DNA of 64,000 nucleotides from NCBI RefSeq assembly GCF_004010195.1, contig NC_057718.1, positions 69,649,213 through 69,713,212 on the forward strand, in the 5' to 3' direction. The translations under genes were made by a program, and so were the position numbers. The notes beneath the pieces are model-generated. The model was not told the origin of the DNA. It saw nothing but the letters and a program-made list of their open reading frames with translations, and ran no database searches. Source of the DNA: Chiloscyllium plagiosum. Taxonomy: Eukaryota. This document shows, one piece after another, positions 13,193-24,084 of the stretch (its first letter is position 1; each line of letters begins with the position of its first letter).

Positions 13193-13711
13193 AGTAGAAG
13201 CTATCTTTTCCCTCTCGCAGTTGCAGCCCAAAGTTGGGGTTTCTCTCTGTTTCTCTGAATTTTCCTTTTTGTCAAAGGGTGTGTTTGAGATGTTACTACT
13301 TTGGAACAGTTAATTAGTGATAGTTACTATATTTAATATTCAGTTAAGTTTACCAATAGAATTAAGTTATTCTAGATTCCTCTTTCTTTGGTTGCATTTT
13401 ATGTATAGCGCTTAAATAAATTTTGTTTTGGCTTAACATCAGTGCAGTTTGATCAGTTGCATTGCTTCTGGAACAAGACACTTTACATTTGCCTTAAAAA
13501 TAAGGAAAGGTTCGAGATAGGCTACTTTGTTAAAATATTTTGAGGGGCTCTGGTCTGGTTCATAATATTGCAAAGAGATGTAAGACGTTGTGAGATGGTG
13601 AATGATATAACAGAATCCTCAACAGCGAGGCAAAACCTCTGGGCACATGTCCTTCCTCATTGGTGGTAACTGATTAAGTGATCCAAGCTGTACGTTCCAT
13701 GCATCTGAAAA

Positions 13712-14000
13712 CTCATTGAATTTATTGTCACGTGTACTGAGGCACAGTGAAAAGCTTTGTCTTGTGAGCAATACAGGCAGATCACAGAGTTAAGTAGCAT
13801 AGATAAGTAAATAATAGGTAAAAAGCAGCAAAAACAAAAACACAGGTACAAACTAAGGTTAAGAGTTTGAGAGTCCATTCAAAATTCTAACAACAGTAGG
13901 TTAGAAACTGTTTCAAAACCGGCTGGTGCGTGAGTTCAGGATTCTGCACCTTTCCCCTGATGGTAGAGGTTGTAGAAAAACATTGCCAGGGTGGGATGCA
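13712..14000 (-). mobile_element. Probable Rex1/Babar-type LINE 3' end
   Basis: tttattgtcacgtgtac...aaactgtttcaaaaccggctggtgcgtgagttcagg...gatggtagagg resembles remembered Rex1-like 3' ends; recognised by eye only. Confidence 0.45.
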
Positions 14001-14009
14001 TTGGAAAAA

Positions 14010-15406
14010 GATTCTTACTATCTCGTCTATCCAAGTCTCTAGCAAAAACAATCAGAGTTTATCCAACTTCTTTTGGCTAACACACTAAAATCCAGACAAC
14101 ATCCTGATTAGAGTTTTTGCACCCTCTCCAAGCAACCACATCCTTTCAACAATGTAGTGGCCAGAACTACACACAATAGTTCAAATGTGGCCTAGCTGAA
14201 ATCTTGTACAGTTACAACATGACTTACCATCTTTTACACTAAATGCCCTGAATGATGAATACAAGCATGTTGTATGCCTTCTTTATCACTATATCCACTT
14301 TGAGATAACTATGGATTTGCATCCAAGATCCGCTGAATATCAATTTTAAGGATCCTGCCACTTACTGAACATTTTCTATTATGGACCCAGACAGACCTCA
14401 AAACATTTCAAGAAAGTAACCCGGACCGACCTTTTCTAATTGTCTTAAGCAGGTGAGGAGTGGACATTTCAGGAGTGATGCAGCTGGCCTAACCACTTAG
14501 ATTCAAACAAACAGAAATTATTTTCAAGGTTAACAAATGAAACACAAACAAAAGAACAAACATAGAATAACTTAACCTAACAGATTATCCCAACCAAACG
14601 ATGCTGTTCCAATTATTTGCAACAAACCCCTCAAACACCCCTTAGCAAAAAAAGAAAAATCAAGCACTAGGAGAGATGGCAGTGAGATTCAGCATGGACC
14701 ACCTTCTTCCATGTAGCTGTTCCTTTGACCAGCAGCCTCAAAACTGACTGACTGCTTTCTCTGAACAGCCAGATTCCTCAAACACACACCAAACTAAACC
14801 AGAGGAAAGGTCAGCTGGGAGAACTGGCCATTCCCCTTTCATTGTACAAGTTTTTTAAAACTTAAAAGCTTCCCCAAGTAGATCAATCAAGATATTTCAG
14901 AGCCTATGTCTTTACAACTTAAAAAATCTACAAGGACAACCTAACCTGGTTAAAGGAACAGTATCATCACATTTCATCTTGCATTTCACCTGCAAAATGC
15001 ATCACGCCACAATTGTCCAGTTTAAACTCCTTCTGTCATTTTTCCACCCAACTTTCCAACTTTGACAAACTTTCTCACTATCCACAACTCCACCAACTTT
15101 TGTGTTATCTACAAAATTTACTAATCAGACCATCTACAATTCCATCCAAATTATTTATATATTACAAACAACAGAGATCTCAGTACTGATCCTTGTTGAA
15201 CACCACTGGTCACAGACCTCCAGTCAGAAAAACACCCCTCCAACTACCCTCTGTCTTCTACGACCAAGCCAATTTTGCATCCCAACTTGACAACTCACCA
15301 TGGATTCCATGCGACTTAATGTTCTAGACCAGCCTACCATGACTGACCTTGCTTCTAAGTCAATATAGAGAACATCCACTGCCCTACTCACATCAATAAT
15401 CTTCAC
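14010..15406 (-). mobile_element. Old CR1 LINE RT fragment interrupted by a solo LTR
   Basis: Degenerate MQNWLGRRRQRVVG and AVDVLYID motifs on the minus strand. Confidence 0.7.
14377..14971 (-). mobile_element. Solo LTR with 4-bp TSD tttc
   Basis: Minus strand starts tgtgatgatac... and ends ...ggtctgtctgggtccataata. Flanked by tttc at 14373-14376 and 14972-14975; the CR1 sequence resumes on both sides. Confidence 0.65.
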
Positions 15407-15449
15407 CCTTGAATAAAGGGCATGAATAACCTGTGAGCTGCGGTGGTAA

Positions 15450-15690
15450 CCAGCTGTTTATGAAATGCCACCACGAATCTGAGCAGATCCTTGGAAGGTA
15501 TCAGAAGCACACAAGTTCAAGGCTACAAAGACTTTGGCAGTCATGGTAAGCAATAATGTGAGGTTAGATACCTTCAGCAACAAGGGCACAGACTTCCATG
15601 GGCATCTGTCAAAAGAGAGTTGCAACTCGTGCATCACCTGGTCTCGCTCTTCTTGTGGTAGCTTTATCTTTGACAGTTACTTTTGTTGTA
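15450..15690 (-). mobile_element. PIF/Harbinger transposase remnant (HARBI1-like N-terminal region)
   Basis: Minus translation TAKVFVALNLCASDTFQGSAQIRGGIS*TA resembles the Harbinger motif KV..AL.F.ASG.FQ....D..GISQ. Confidence 0.5.
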
Positions 15691-16502
15691 CTGCAGGTCT
15701 GACACTCATGCCCCTCTCCTCTCCACTGTTCTCCAAGTGCTCAGGATTCTGCTCTTCTAGCAGATGTTGTTATCCTTCTTCACCACTGGGCTCAAAAATC
15801 AGACTCTCATACCTCTTTGCATGAACAATCTTCCTTCTAAACAATTGGCTGCCCTACTGTAATTAGCAATCCTATTCTTTGTTTTTCTGTTCCTGCATTT
15901 CTCAGGCAGTGCCCGAATGCTGACTACACCACCACCTCCAACATCGTGCTAAGAACATGTTTCTGGGGGCCAGATATCCTTCTGCAATGCTACCCCACTA
16001 AGGGATTTGGGAAAATTGCTGGTACAGCTATGAATGGCTTTCCACTCTGGAGACCTGCTTTCTGATTAGCAGAAAATGTGGATCCTTGGTGAAATGTCAA
16101 ACTCTGTCCCTAAAAGTGGCGAACAAGCTGCTTAATTACTCAAATGGCTGGTGTCAACTGGGAGATGTGTAGGATGGCATGATTGGGAACATCTTTAAGG
16201 TGTTATTCCTTAGTGCAATCTTGAAATTGTATTGATATGAGAATTCCCCAACTCAGTCACATATAGTGTAAACTATCATTGGTAAGCATAGACTAAAACA
16301 GCAAGCTTCAAATTCTGCAGAACAACAATTACATATGATTCAAATACAGAAAAACAAACACTGGATCAGTCAGGGTGGCTGGAATGAAATAGAACTTCAT
16401 GAAGTTTGCATCTAGAATTTAATCTTGAAGGAAGTAGTGTTCTATTTTCAGCTTGTTTTTCTGTTATTAACTGTAGAAAGATCAGGAGAACCTTCAACTT
16501 AC

Positions 16503-16589
16503 CAGCTGTATGATTGGATCTGTGTACATGATGGCTTTCTCCAGTTTGACTTTCCGCAGTCACCATCACAAAATAAACTTCCCCAGGCT
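16503..16589 (-). CDS. FNDC1: Next internal coding exon (87 bp, phase 1-1) of the FNDC1-like gene; completes the FN3 domain
   Basis: Minus strand reads ...atatgttccag|AGCCTGGGG...ACAGCTG|gtaagttg. Splices in frame to the 195-bp exon, giving ...QDV-EPGEVYFVMVTAESQTGESHHVHRSNHTA(G), similar to remembered FNDC1 EPGVVYFVLLTAEN..G.S..VYR. Confidence 0.85.
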
Positions 16590-16689
16590 CTGGAACATAT
16601 GGCTTACATCAGTAAGTTGCCAAAACTTCATGAAGCTTATAGTATCAGAAAGCAACATTATTTAAATTCTAATAAGACTTAAGATGTCT

Positions 16690-19600
16690 GAAAAATTCAA
16701 AGGTATATGGCTGGTGTACGTAGATAGCATGTGCTCACACCGCAGACTCAGACTCCACAGACAGGAAGGGAATGGGTGAACAGGCAGAGCAAGAGGGCCT
16801 AGCAGGCAGTGCAGGAATCGCCTGTGGCTCATCCCCTGAAAAACAGATAGACTGTTTTGGATACTGTTGAGGGGAATGGCCTCTGAACGGATAACAGCAG
16901 CATCCAAATTCATGGCACCACAGTTGGCTCTGCTGCAGAAAAAGGGAGACAAAGACATTGAAAAGTTATAGTTATAGGGGATTCAATTGTATGGGAAACA
17001 AATAGGTGTTTTGGGGCTGGAAATGAGAGTCCAGGATGATGTGTTGCCTCCATGGTGCTAGGGTCCTGGATACCTCGGAGCAGTTGAAGGAGGGCAAACA
17101 CTGAAACTAACGACGTAGGTTATTTTAAAAAGGGACGGTCCTAAAAGCAGAATATAGGGAACAAGGAAAAAGGTTGAAATGTTGGATTTCAAAGGTAGTT
17201 ATCCCAGAATTACTATAGTGCCACTAACTCATCAGAGTAGAATCAGCACGATATACAGGATGAACACGTGGCTGAAAAGATGGTGTGGGGGGGTTCAGAT
17301 TCACAGAGCATTGGGATCAGTACAAACTGGATGGATTACACCTGGGCAGGACTGGGACTGATGTCCTTAGGGTGAAAACTTGGTAGAGCGATTGGGGAAG
17401 TTTAAATTGGTGTGGCAGGGGGATGGGAATCAGAAGGTAGTAGATACAGAAATTGAGGGAGAGGTAGAAGCCAAGCCAAATATAACACTGCTGAAAGGAG
17501 CAGGGAACGTGGTCTGAAATGCATGTGTTCCAATGTGAGAAATATAATAGGCAAAGTAGGTGATCTTAGAGCTTTGGTTAGTACGTAGAACTATGACATT
17601 ATTGTGATTACTTGGTTGAAAAAGAGACAGGACTGGCAGCTGAATGTCCCAGGATTTAGAGGTTTCAGGTGTGATGGAAGAGGAGGTAAAAGGGTGTGAA
17701 AGTTGCATTACTGGGAAAGGAGTATCTCACTGCTGTACTGAGGGAGGACACAGAGGACTTGTGCAGTGAGACAATATGGGTAGAACTCAGGAATAGGAAA
17801 GGTGTATTACAGGCCACCCAACAGCCAGAGGGAGACAGAGGAGAGAATATGACAGATTCTGGAAAGATGTAAAACCAGAAGGGTTGTTGGGGTGAGTGAT
17901 TTTAACCCCGCCCACCACCCCGTATATTGACTGGGTTCACTACGTGCTATGGGTATGGATGGGGGAGAGTTTGCAAGGACCATTCAGAAGGGATTCCTCA
18001 AACAGTGTGGAAAGACCAACTAGGGAAGGGATTATATTCCCCTGCTTTTGGGAAAGGAGGCCAGCCAGGTGAGTGAAGTTTCAGTGGGGGAGCATTTCAG
18101 GAATACTGACCATATCGTGAGTTTTAAAATACTCATGGTAGGGATAACAACAGTCCTCAAGTGACGATGTTAAATAGGGGGAAGATGAACTACAACAATA
18201 TAAAGCAGGAACTGGAGATTTTGATTGGAGGTGGCTATTTGAGGTTAAGTCTACATTGGACATGTGTGAGTATTTCAAACAGTAGTGGATAAGAGTTCAG
18301 GAGTGGTACGCTCCTGCAGGAATGAAGATGGGCATGACAAGTTGTGAACCTTAGATGAAACCAGAGATATTATGACTTGGTCAGAAATAAAAAAGGAAGC
18401 ATATATAAGGTCCAAGAAGATGGGAACTGACAAAGCCTTTGAAGTACATAAGGAAAGTGGGAAATAACTTAAGGAATTTGAAGGGTGAAAAGGGGTCATG
18501 GAAAGTTGTTAGCAAACAGGATTAAGGAGAATCCCAAGCTTTTAAAAATATATATAAAAAAAACAAGAGGGTACCTAGGTAAAGGGTTGGCCCACTCAAG
18601 AACAAAGAAGATAATCTATGTGTGGAACCAGAAGAAGTGGGGAGTTTGGGGGGTTCTAAATGAATACTTTGTGTTGGTTTTCACCGAAGAGAAGGAATTG
18701 CTGGAGGATGATCTCAGGGAAGGGAGTGTTGAATTCCTAAGCAAAGTTGCGATTAAAAAGGAGTAGCACTCTGAATGCTAATATTTCCAAATAAATCTGT
18801 TGGGACTATAATCTAGTGCTGTGTGAGTTTTAACTTTATTAAAAAGGAAAAGATGCTGTCTGTCTTAAATAGTATTAAGGTAGACATGTCCCCTGGTCCT
18901 GATGGGATCTATCCCAGAACATTGAGGGAGGCTGGAGAACAAATTGCTGGAGTGTTGACAGATATCTTTGTGTCCACCTTGGCCAGAGGTGTGGACCCAG
19001 AAGACTGGAGAATTGCCAACATTGTCCCATTGTTTAAGAAGGGTAGCAGGGATAATTCTGAAAATTACAGGCCTGCAAGTCTCACATCGGTGGGAGGGAA
19101 ATTATTGGAAAAAAATTCTCAGGGACAAGATCATACACATTTAGAAGTACATGGACTTATTAGCAATAACCAGCATGGTTTTGTGTGGGGGAGATCATGC
19201 CTCACTAACGTTTTGAGTTTTTGAGGGGGTGGCGAAGATGATTGATGAGGGAAAAGCAGTTGATGTTGTCTACATGGACTTCAGTAAAGCCTTTGACAAG
19301 GTCCCTCATGGCAGACCGATTAAAAAAAGTGAAGTCACATGGTATTAGGGTGAGCTGGCAAGTTGAATACAGAACTGGTTTAGTCCGAAGAGACAGACGG
19401 TAGTGGTAGAAGAATGCTTTTCAGAATGGTGTGCCATGACTAGTGGTGGTCCAAAGGGATAGTGCTGGGACTCTGCTGTTCGTGCTCTACATAAATGATT
19501 TGAAGGAAAACATAGCTGGTCTAATTAGTAACTTTGTGTATGATACAAAAAATTGGTCGAGTTGCAGATAGTGAGGAGGATTGTCAGAGGATACAGCAGG

Positions 19601-20350
19601 CTATAGATCAATTGGAGGCATGGGCTGAAAATAGCAGATGGAGTTTAATCTAATCGGGACAAATGGGGTGCATTTTGGAAGCTGAAACTTTATTGCTGGA
19701 ACAGCACAGCAGGTCAGGCAGCATCTGGAAGGTCAAGTACAGGTGGAAATTATACAGTGAACAGCAGAACGCTTAGGAGTATTGATAAGCAGAAGGATCT
19801 ATGTACAGGTCCATAGATCACTGCAGCTGGCAACACAGGTAGGCAAGATATTAAAAAAGGCTTATGGCATGCTTGACTTCATTGGAAAAAGCCTTGAGTA
19901 CAAGGATAGATAAGTTATGCTGCAGCTTTATGGAACTTTAGTTAGGCCACTCTTGGAATATTGCATACAGGTCGGGTCGCCATAGTACCAGAAGGATTTG
20001 GCTGCTTTGGAGAGGATTCAGAAAAGGTTTAAACAGGGTGGTGCCTGGTAGAGGGGATTTTAGCACTGAAGAAAAGTTGGATAGACTTTTTTTTTCACTG
20101 GAAAGCAAGAGGTTGGGGCAACCTGATAGAAGTATATACATTTGCGAATGGCATGGATAGAGGGAAATGTATTAGGCTTTTTCCCAGGGTGGAGGGGGCA
20201 ATCATTAGGTTCAAGGTGCAGGGGTGGGATAAGTTTAAAGACATGTGCAAGGCAAGGTTTTCACATAAAGGGTGCTGACTGCCTGGAAGGTATTGCCAGA
20301 GAGAAGCAGATACAATAGTAGCATTCAAGAAGCATCTGGACGAACACATG
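16690..20350 (+). mobile_element. Near full-length decayed CR1 LINE (ORF1 SGNH/GDSL esterase, APE endonuclease, RT)
   Basis: VIVIGDSIV at ~16965, endonuclease-like region 17500-18100, ORF 18823-19224 SPGPDGIYPR...NYRP, DFSKAFDKVPH, C-terminal CR1 motifs. Contains small PLE inserts at ~18765-18837 and 19682-19725. Confidence 0.85.
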
Positions 20351-21534
20351 AATGGTGGAGCTGTTCCTTTTTTGAGATATTTTGGGCGTTGGAGTGATTT
20401 CTTTGAATTCCAGAAGCAGCAATTAATGCTTTATATGCTGTTGCATGGTTTTTCAACATTGGGGGGAAAAAAATCAAAACAAAGGCGCTTTTAAAAAGAG
20501 GAAGACAGACAAAAGGCAGTGCACACATGGTCAGTGAGGGAAAGAGAAGAAAGAAATCCACACTGATAACTGACAACAGTGAATCTGCAAAGTTACTCCT
20601 TTGCTGTTTGAGTTCATGCATCTCTGAACAGCGGAGTACGTCTGGGAAACAAACAGCGAAATTCACAGCTGACCTTGGAGGAGACATCACAGCATAGGAA
20701 CAGATAAGTGCATAGTTGTTACATGTAAACTTGCTGAAAGTCTACAGTAATGAGTAGAGTGGGTTCTTTCCTGACTATATATGTTTTATTGAGATCTGTT
20801 TCTTGACTACATTTTAAAATATAAACTATAAGTTAGCCTGGAGCACTGATTTTCTTAGAGCAATAAAACAGTGCTATTTTTGGGGTCTGTGGATTGTGAA
20901 GGGCCTAAGATGGCCTTGGTAGAGTGATGTGCTCTTCTTGTCAGATGTGGGAGTTTAGGGAGTGTTTCCATGTTACTGATGATTATGGAAGTGTCTTTGA
21001 TTGTGAATCCTTTCATATCAAATGGATCAGTTGCAGCGGCAGCGAGAGGCAATGAGAAATTTACAAGAGAGAGAGGGTGTGATTGATGGCAGGTATAGAA
21101 AGGGAGAAAAGCTACAGATACAGTCAGGTAGATGGGTTAACTCCAGGAAAGGTAAGAGGGGTAGGCAGGTAGTGCAGGAGCCTTCTCAAAGGGGAGTGGG
21201 ACTGGCAGGAGGTCATGGTACACATTGGAACTAACAACACAGGAAGGGAAAAGGATGAGATTCTGAAAGGAGAATATAGAAAGTTAGGCAGGAATTTAAA
21301 AAGGAGATCTTCGAGGGTAATAATATCTTGATTACTCCCAGTGTGCCAAGTTAATAAGGGTAGGAATAGGAGAATAGAGCAGATGAATGTGTGGCTGAGG
21401 AGCTGGTGCATGGGACAAGCGTTCACATTTTTGGTCACTGGAATCTCTTCTGGGGTAGAAGTAACTTGCAAAAGAAGGATGGATTACACCTGAATTGGAA
21501 GGGGACTAATATACTGGCAGGGAGGTTTGCCAGA

Positions 21535-21646
21535 GCTGCTCAGGAGGATTTTAAACTGCTAAGGTGGTGGTAGTGATGCTGCTCAGGAGGATTTTAAACT
21601 GCTAAGGTGGTGGTAGTGATGGTGGTTGGGGGGGGGGGGGGGGGGG
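21535..21646 (+). repeat. Perfect 43-bp tandem duplication followed by a G19 run
   Basis: gctgctcaggaggattttaaactgctaaggtggtggtagtgat x2 (21535-21577, 21578-21620); G run 21628-21646. Confidence 0.9.
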
Positions 21647-22597
21647 AAGAGCGGAGAAGTGGGTGTAGTGATCAAACTGTCATGGCAGGCAGCAACAAAG
21701 GTGAGAACAAGGTAGGACTGGTAAATTAAACTGCATTTATTTCAGTGAAAGAGGCCTAAAAGACAAGGCAGATGAATTCAGAGCATTGTTCAGAACATGG
21801 GACTGGGAATATTATAGCAATTACAGAAGCATGGCTCAGGACTATTGATGGAAGATATAGAATGTAGGGAAATAGATTGTGACATCTTGAAAAATGTCTA
21901 TATTACCGTGGAGGACATCTTAAAACACATAAAAGTGGATAAATCTCCAGGACCTGATCAGGTGTACCCTAGAACTCTGTGGGAAGCTAGGGCAGTGATT
22001 GCTGGGCCCCTTGCGGAGATATTTGTATCATCGATAGTCACAGTTAAGGTGCTGGAAGACTGGAGGTTGACTAACATGGTGCCACTTTTTAAGAAGGGTG
22101 GTAAGGGCAAGACTGGGAACTATAGACTAGTGAGCCTGACGTCGATGGTGGGCAAGATGTTGGAGGGAATCCTGAGGGACAGGATGTACATGTATTTGGA
22201 AAGGCAAGAACTGATTAGGGATAGTCAACATGGCTTTGTTCATGGAAATCATGTCTCACAAACTTGAGTGAGTTTTTTGAAGTAGTAACAAAGTGGAGTG
22301 ATGAGGGCAGAGTGGTGAAAGTGTACTACATGCACTTCAGTAAGGCGTTTGATAAGGTTCCCCATATGAAAGTTAGATCTTATGGAATACAGGGAGAACT
22401 AGCCATTTGGACAGAGAACTGGCTCGAAGATAGAAGACAGAGGGTAGTGGTGGTGAGTTACTTCTCAGAATGGAGACCTGTGACCAGTTGTGACACAAGT
22501 ATCGGTCCTGGGTCCACTGCGTTTCGTCATTTATATTCATGATTTGGATATAAACACAGGAATTATAATTAATAAGTTTGCAGATGACATGCAGATG

Positions 22598-22898
22598 GGA
22601 CGGCACGATGGCTCAGTGGTTAGCACTGCTACCTCACAGCACCAGGGTCCCAGGATCGATTCCAGCCTCGGGCGACTGTCTGTGTGGAGTTTGCACATTC
22701 TCCTCTGTCTGCGTGGGTTTCCTCCCACAGTCCAAAGATGTGCAGGTCAGATGAATTGGCCATGCTAAATTGCTCATTGTGTTAGGTACATTGGTTGGGG
22801 GAGGGGGAAACTGAGTCTGGGTGGGTTGTTCTTCGGAGGGTTGGTGTGGACTGGTTGGGCTGAAGGGCCTGTTTCCACACTGTAGGGAATCTAATCTA
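22598..22898 (+). mobile_element. HE1-like tRNA-derived SINE
   Basis: A box tggctcagtgg, B-box-like ggatcgattcc, conserved core tgtgtggagtttgcacattctc, tail aatctaatct. Confidence 0.85.
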
Positions 22899-23889
22899 GT
22901 CAAAAGTGGAAGTGTAGTGGACAGTGAAGAAGGTTACTTCAGAGTACAATAGGATCTTGAACAGATGGGTCAATGGGCTCAGGAGTGGCTGACAGAGTTT
23001 AATTTAGATAAACGTGAGGTGCTGCATTTTGGAAAAACAAATCAGAGCAGGACCTATACACTGAATGGTCAGGTCCTAGGGAGTGTTGTTGAACAAAGAG
23101 GCCTTGGAGTGCAGGTTCACAGTTCCTTGAAAGTGGATTACAGGTAGGTAGGATAGTGAACGCATTTAGTATGCATTCATTTATTGGTCAGAGCATTGAG
23201 TATAGGAGTTGGGAGGCCATGTTGTAGCTGTACAGGACATTGGTTTGGCCATGTTTGGAATATTGCGTACATTTCTGGTCTCCTTTATATCAGAAGGATA
23301 TTGTGAAACATGAAAGGGTTCAGAAAAGATTTATAAGGATGTTGCTAGGGTTGGAGCATTTGAGCCACAGGGAGAGGCTGTGGCTGTTTTCCCTGAAGCG
23401 TTGGAGGCTGAGGGGTGAACGTATAGAGGTTTATAAAATTATGAGGGGCATTGATAGGATAAATAGACAAAGTATTTTCCGTGGGAAAGGTTTAGGGTGA
23501 GAGGGGTAAAATTTAAAAGAGACCTAAAAGGCAACTTTTTCAAAGTGTGGTGCATGTTTGGAATGAGCTGCCAGAGGAAGTAGTGGAGGCTGGTACAATT
23601 ACAACATTTAAAAGGCATCTGGATAGGTATATGAATAAGAATGGGTTGGAGGGATATGGGCCAAGTGCTGGAAAATGGGACTAGATTAAGTTAGGATATC
23701 TGGTCAGCATGAACAATTTGGACCATGTTTCTATGCTGTGCATCTGTATGACTGTCAATGAAGACAGTTTTAGCATGGAAGGGTAAAATGTGGTGACATA
23801 GTTTTTGAGGGCTGAAGAGCTCGGTCCTGCGCTGTATTTTTTTTGTGGTATCTCTATTTCACATCGCAAATTGCCAGTGACCCACTTAC

Positions 23890-24084
23890 CTACATCCTGT
23901 AATAAAAAAGACCGTTTGTTTTCCTCTGCCTTGATGAATTTGAGGTTTTCCAGAGTTTTACCATAGCCAATAGTATAGTGAGCCACAGGTCTCTTGGACA
24001 CATTTTCCTGTTGCTCCCAGAGGACTTGCAGTCCTTTTTCATGAGGTAGAACCTTTACATTCTTCAGCTTCCAGTTGGAAATAA
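23890..24084 (-). CDS. FNDC1: Internal coding exon (195 bp, phase 1-1) of an FNDC1-like gene; N-terminal part of an FN3 domain
   Basis: Minus strand reads ...ttctttcattgcag|TTATTTCC...GGATGTAG|gtaagtgg (canonical AG/GT). Open frame ISNWKLKNVKVLPHEKGLQVLWEQQENVSKRPVAHYTIGYGKTLENLKFIKAEENKRSFLLQDV resembles, from memory, the first FN3 domain of vertebrate FNDC1 (GLKVTW...RPVEHYNIAYGKSL...SFLIEDVE). Orthologue versus paralogue is not resolved. Confidence 0.85.

Larger units (their letters stand above)
11331..13567 (+). mobile_element. Solo LTR split by a PLE (11510-12401) and a CR1 3' fragment (~12500-13192)
   Basis: 3' end ...gaggggctctggtctggttcataata with an upstream aataaa resembles the other two solo LTRs. 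The 5' boundary is approximate. Confidence 0.5.
20360..23755 (+). mobile_element. Near full-length CR1 (HER1-like) LINE with the endonuclease mostly deleted; SINE inserted in RT
   Basis: ORF1 pieces CSSCQMWE, VMVHIGTN and DGLHLN (esterase); ORF 21845-22267 KSPGPDQVYPR...SQHGF; 3' tail at ~23750. The 5' boundary is approximate. Confidence 0.85.
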
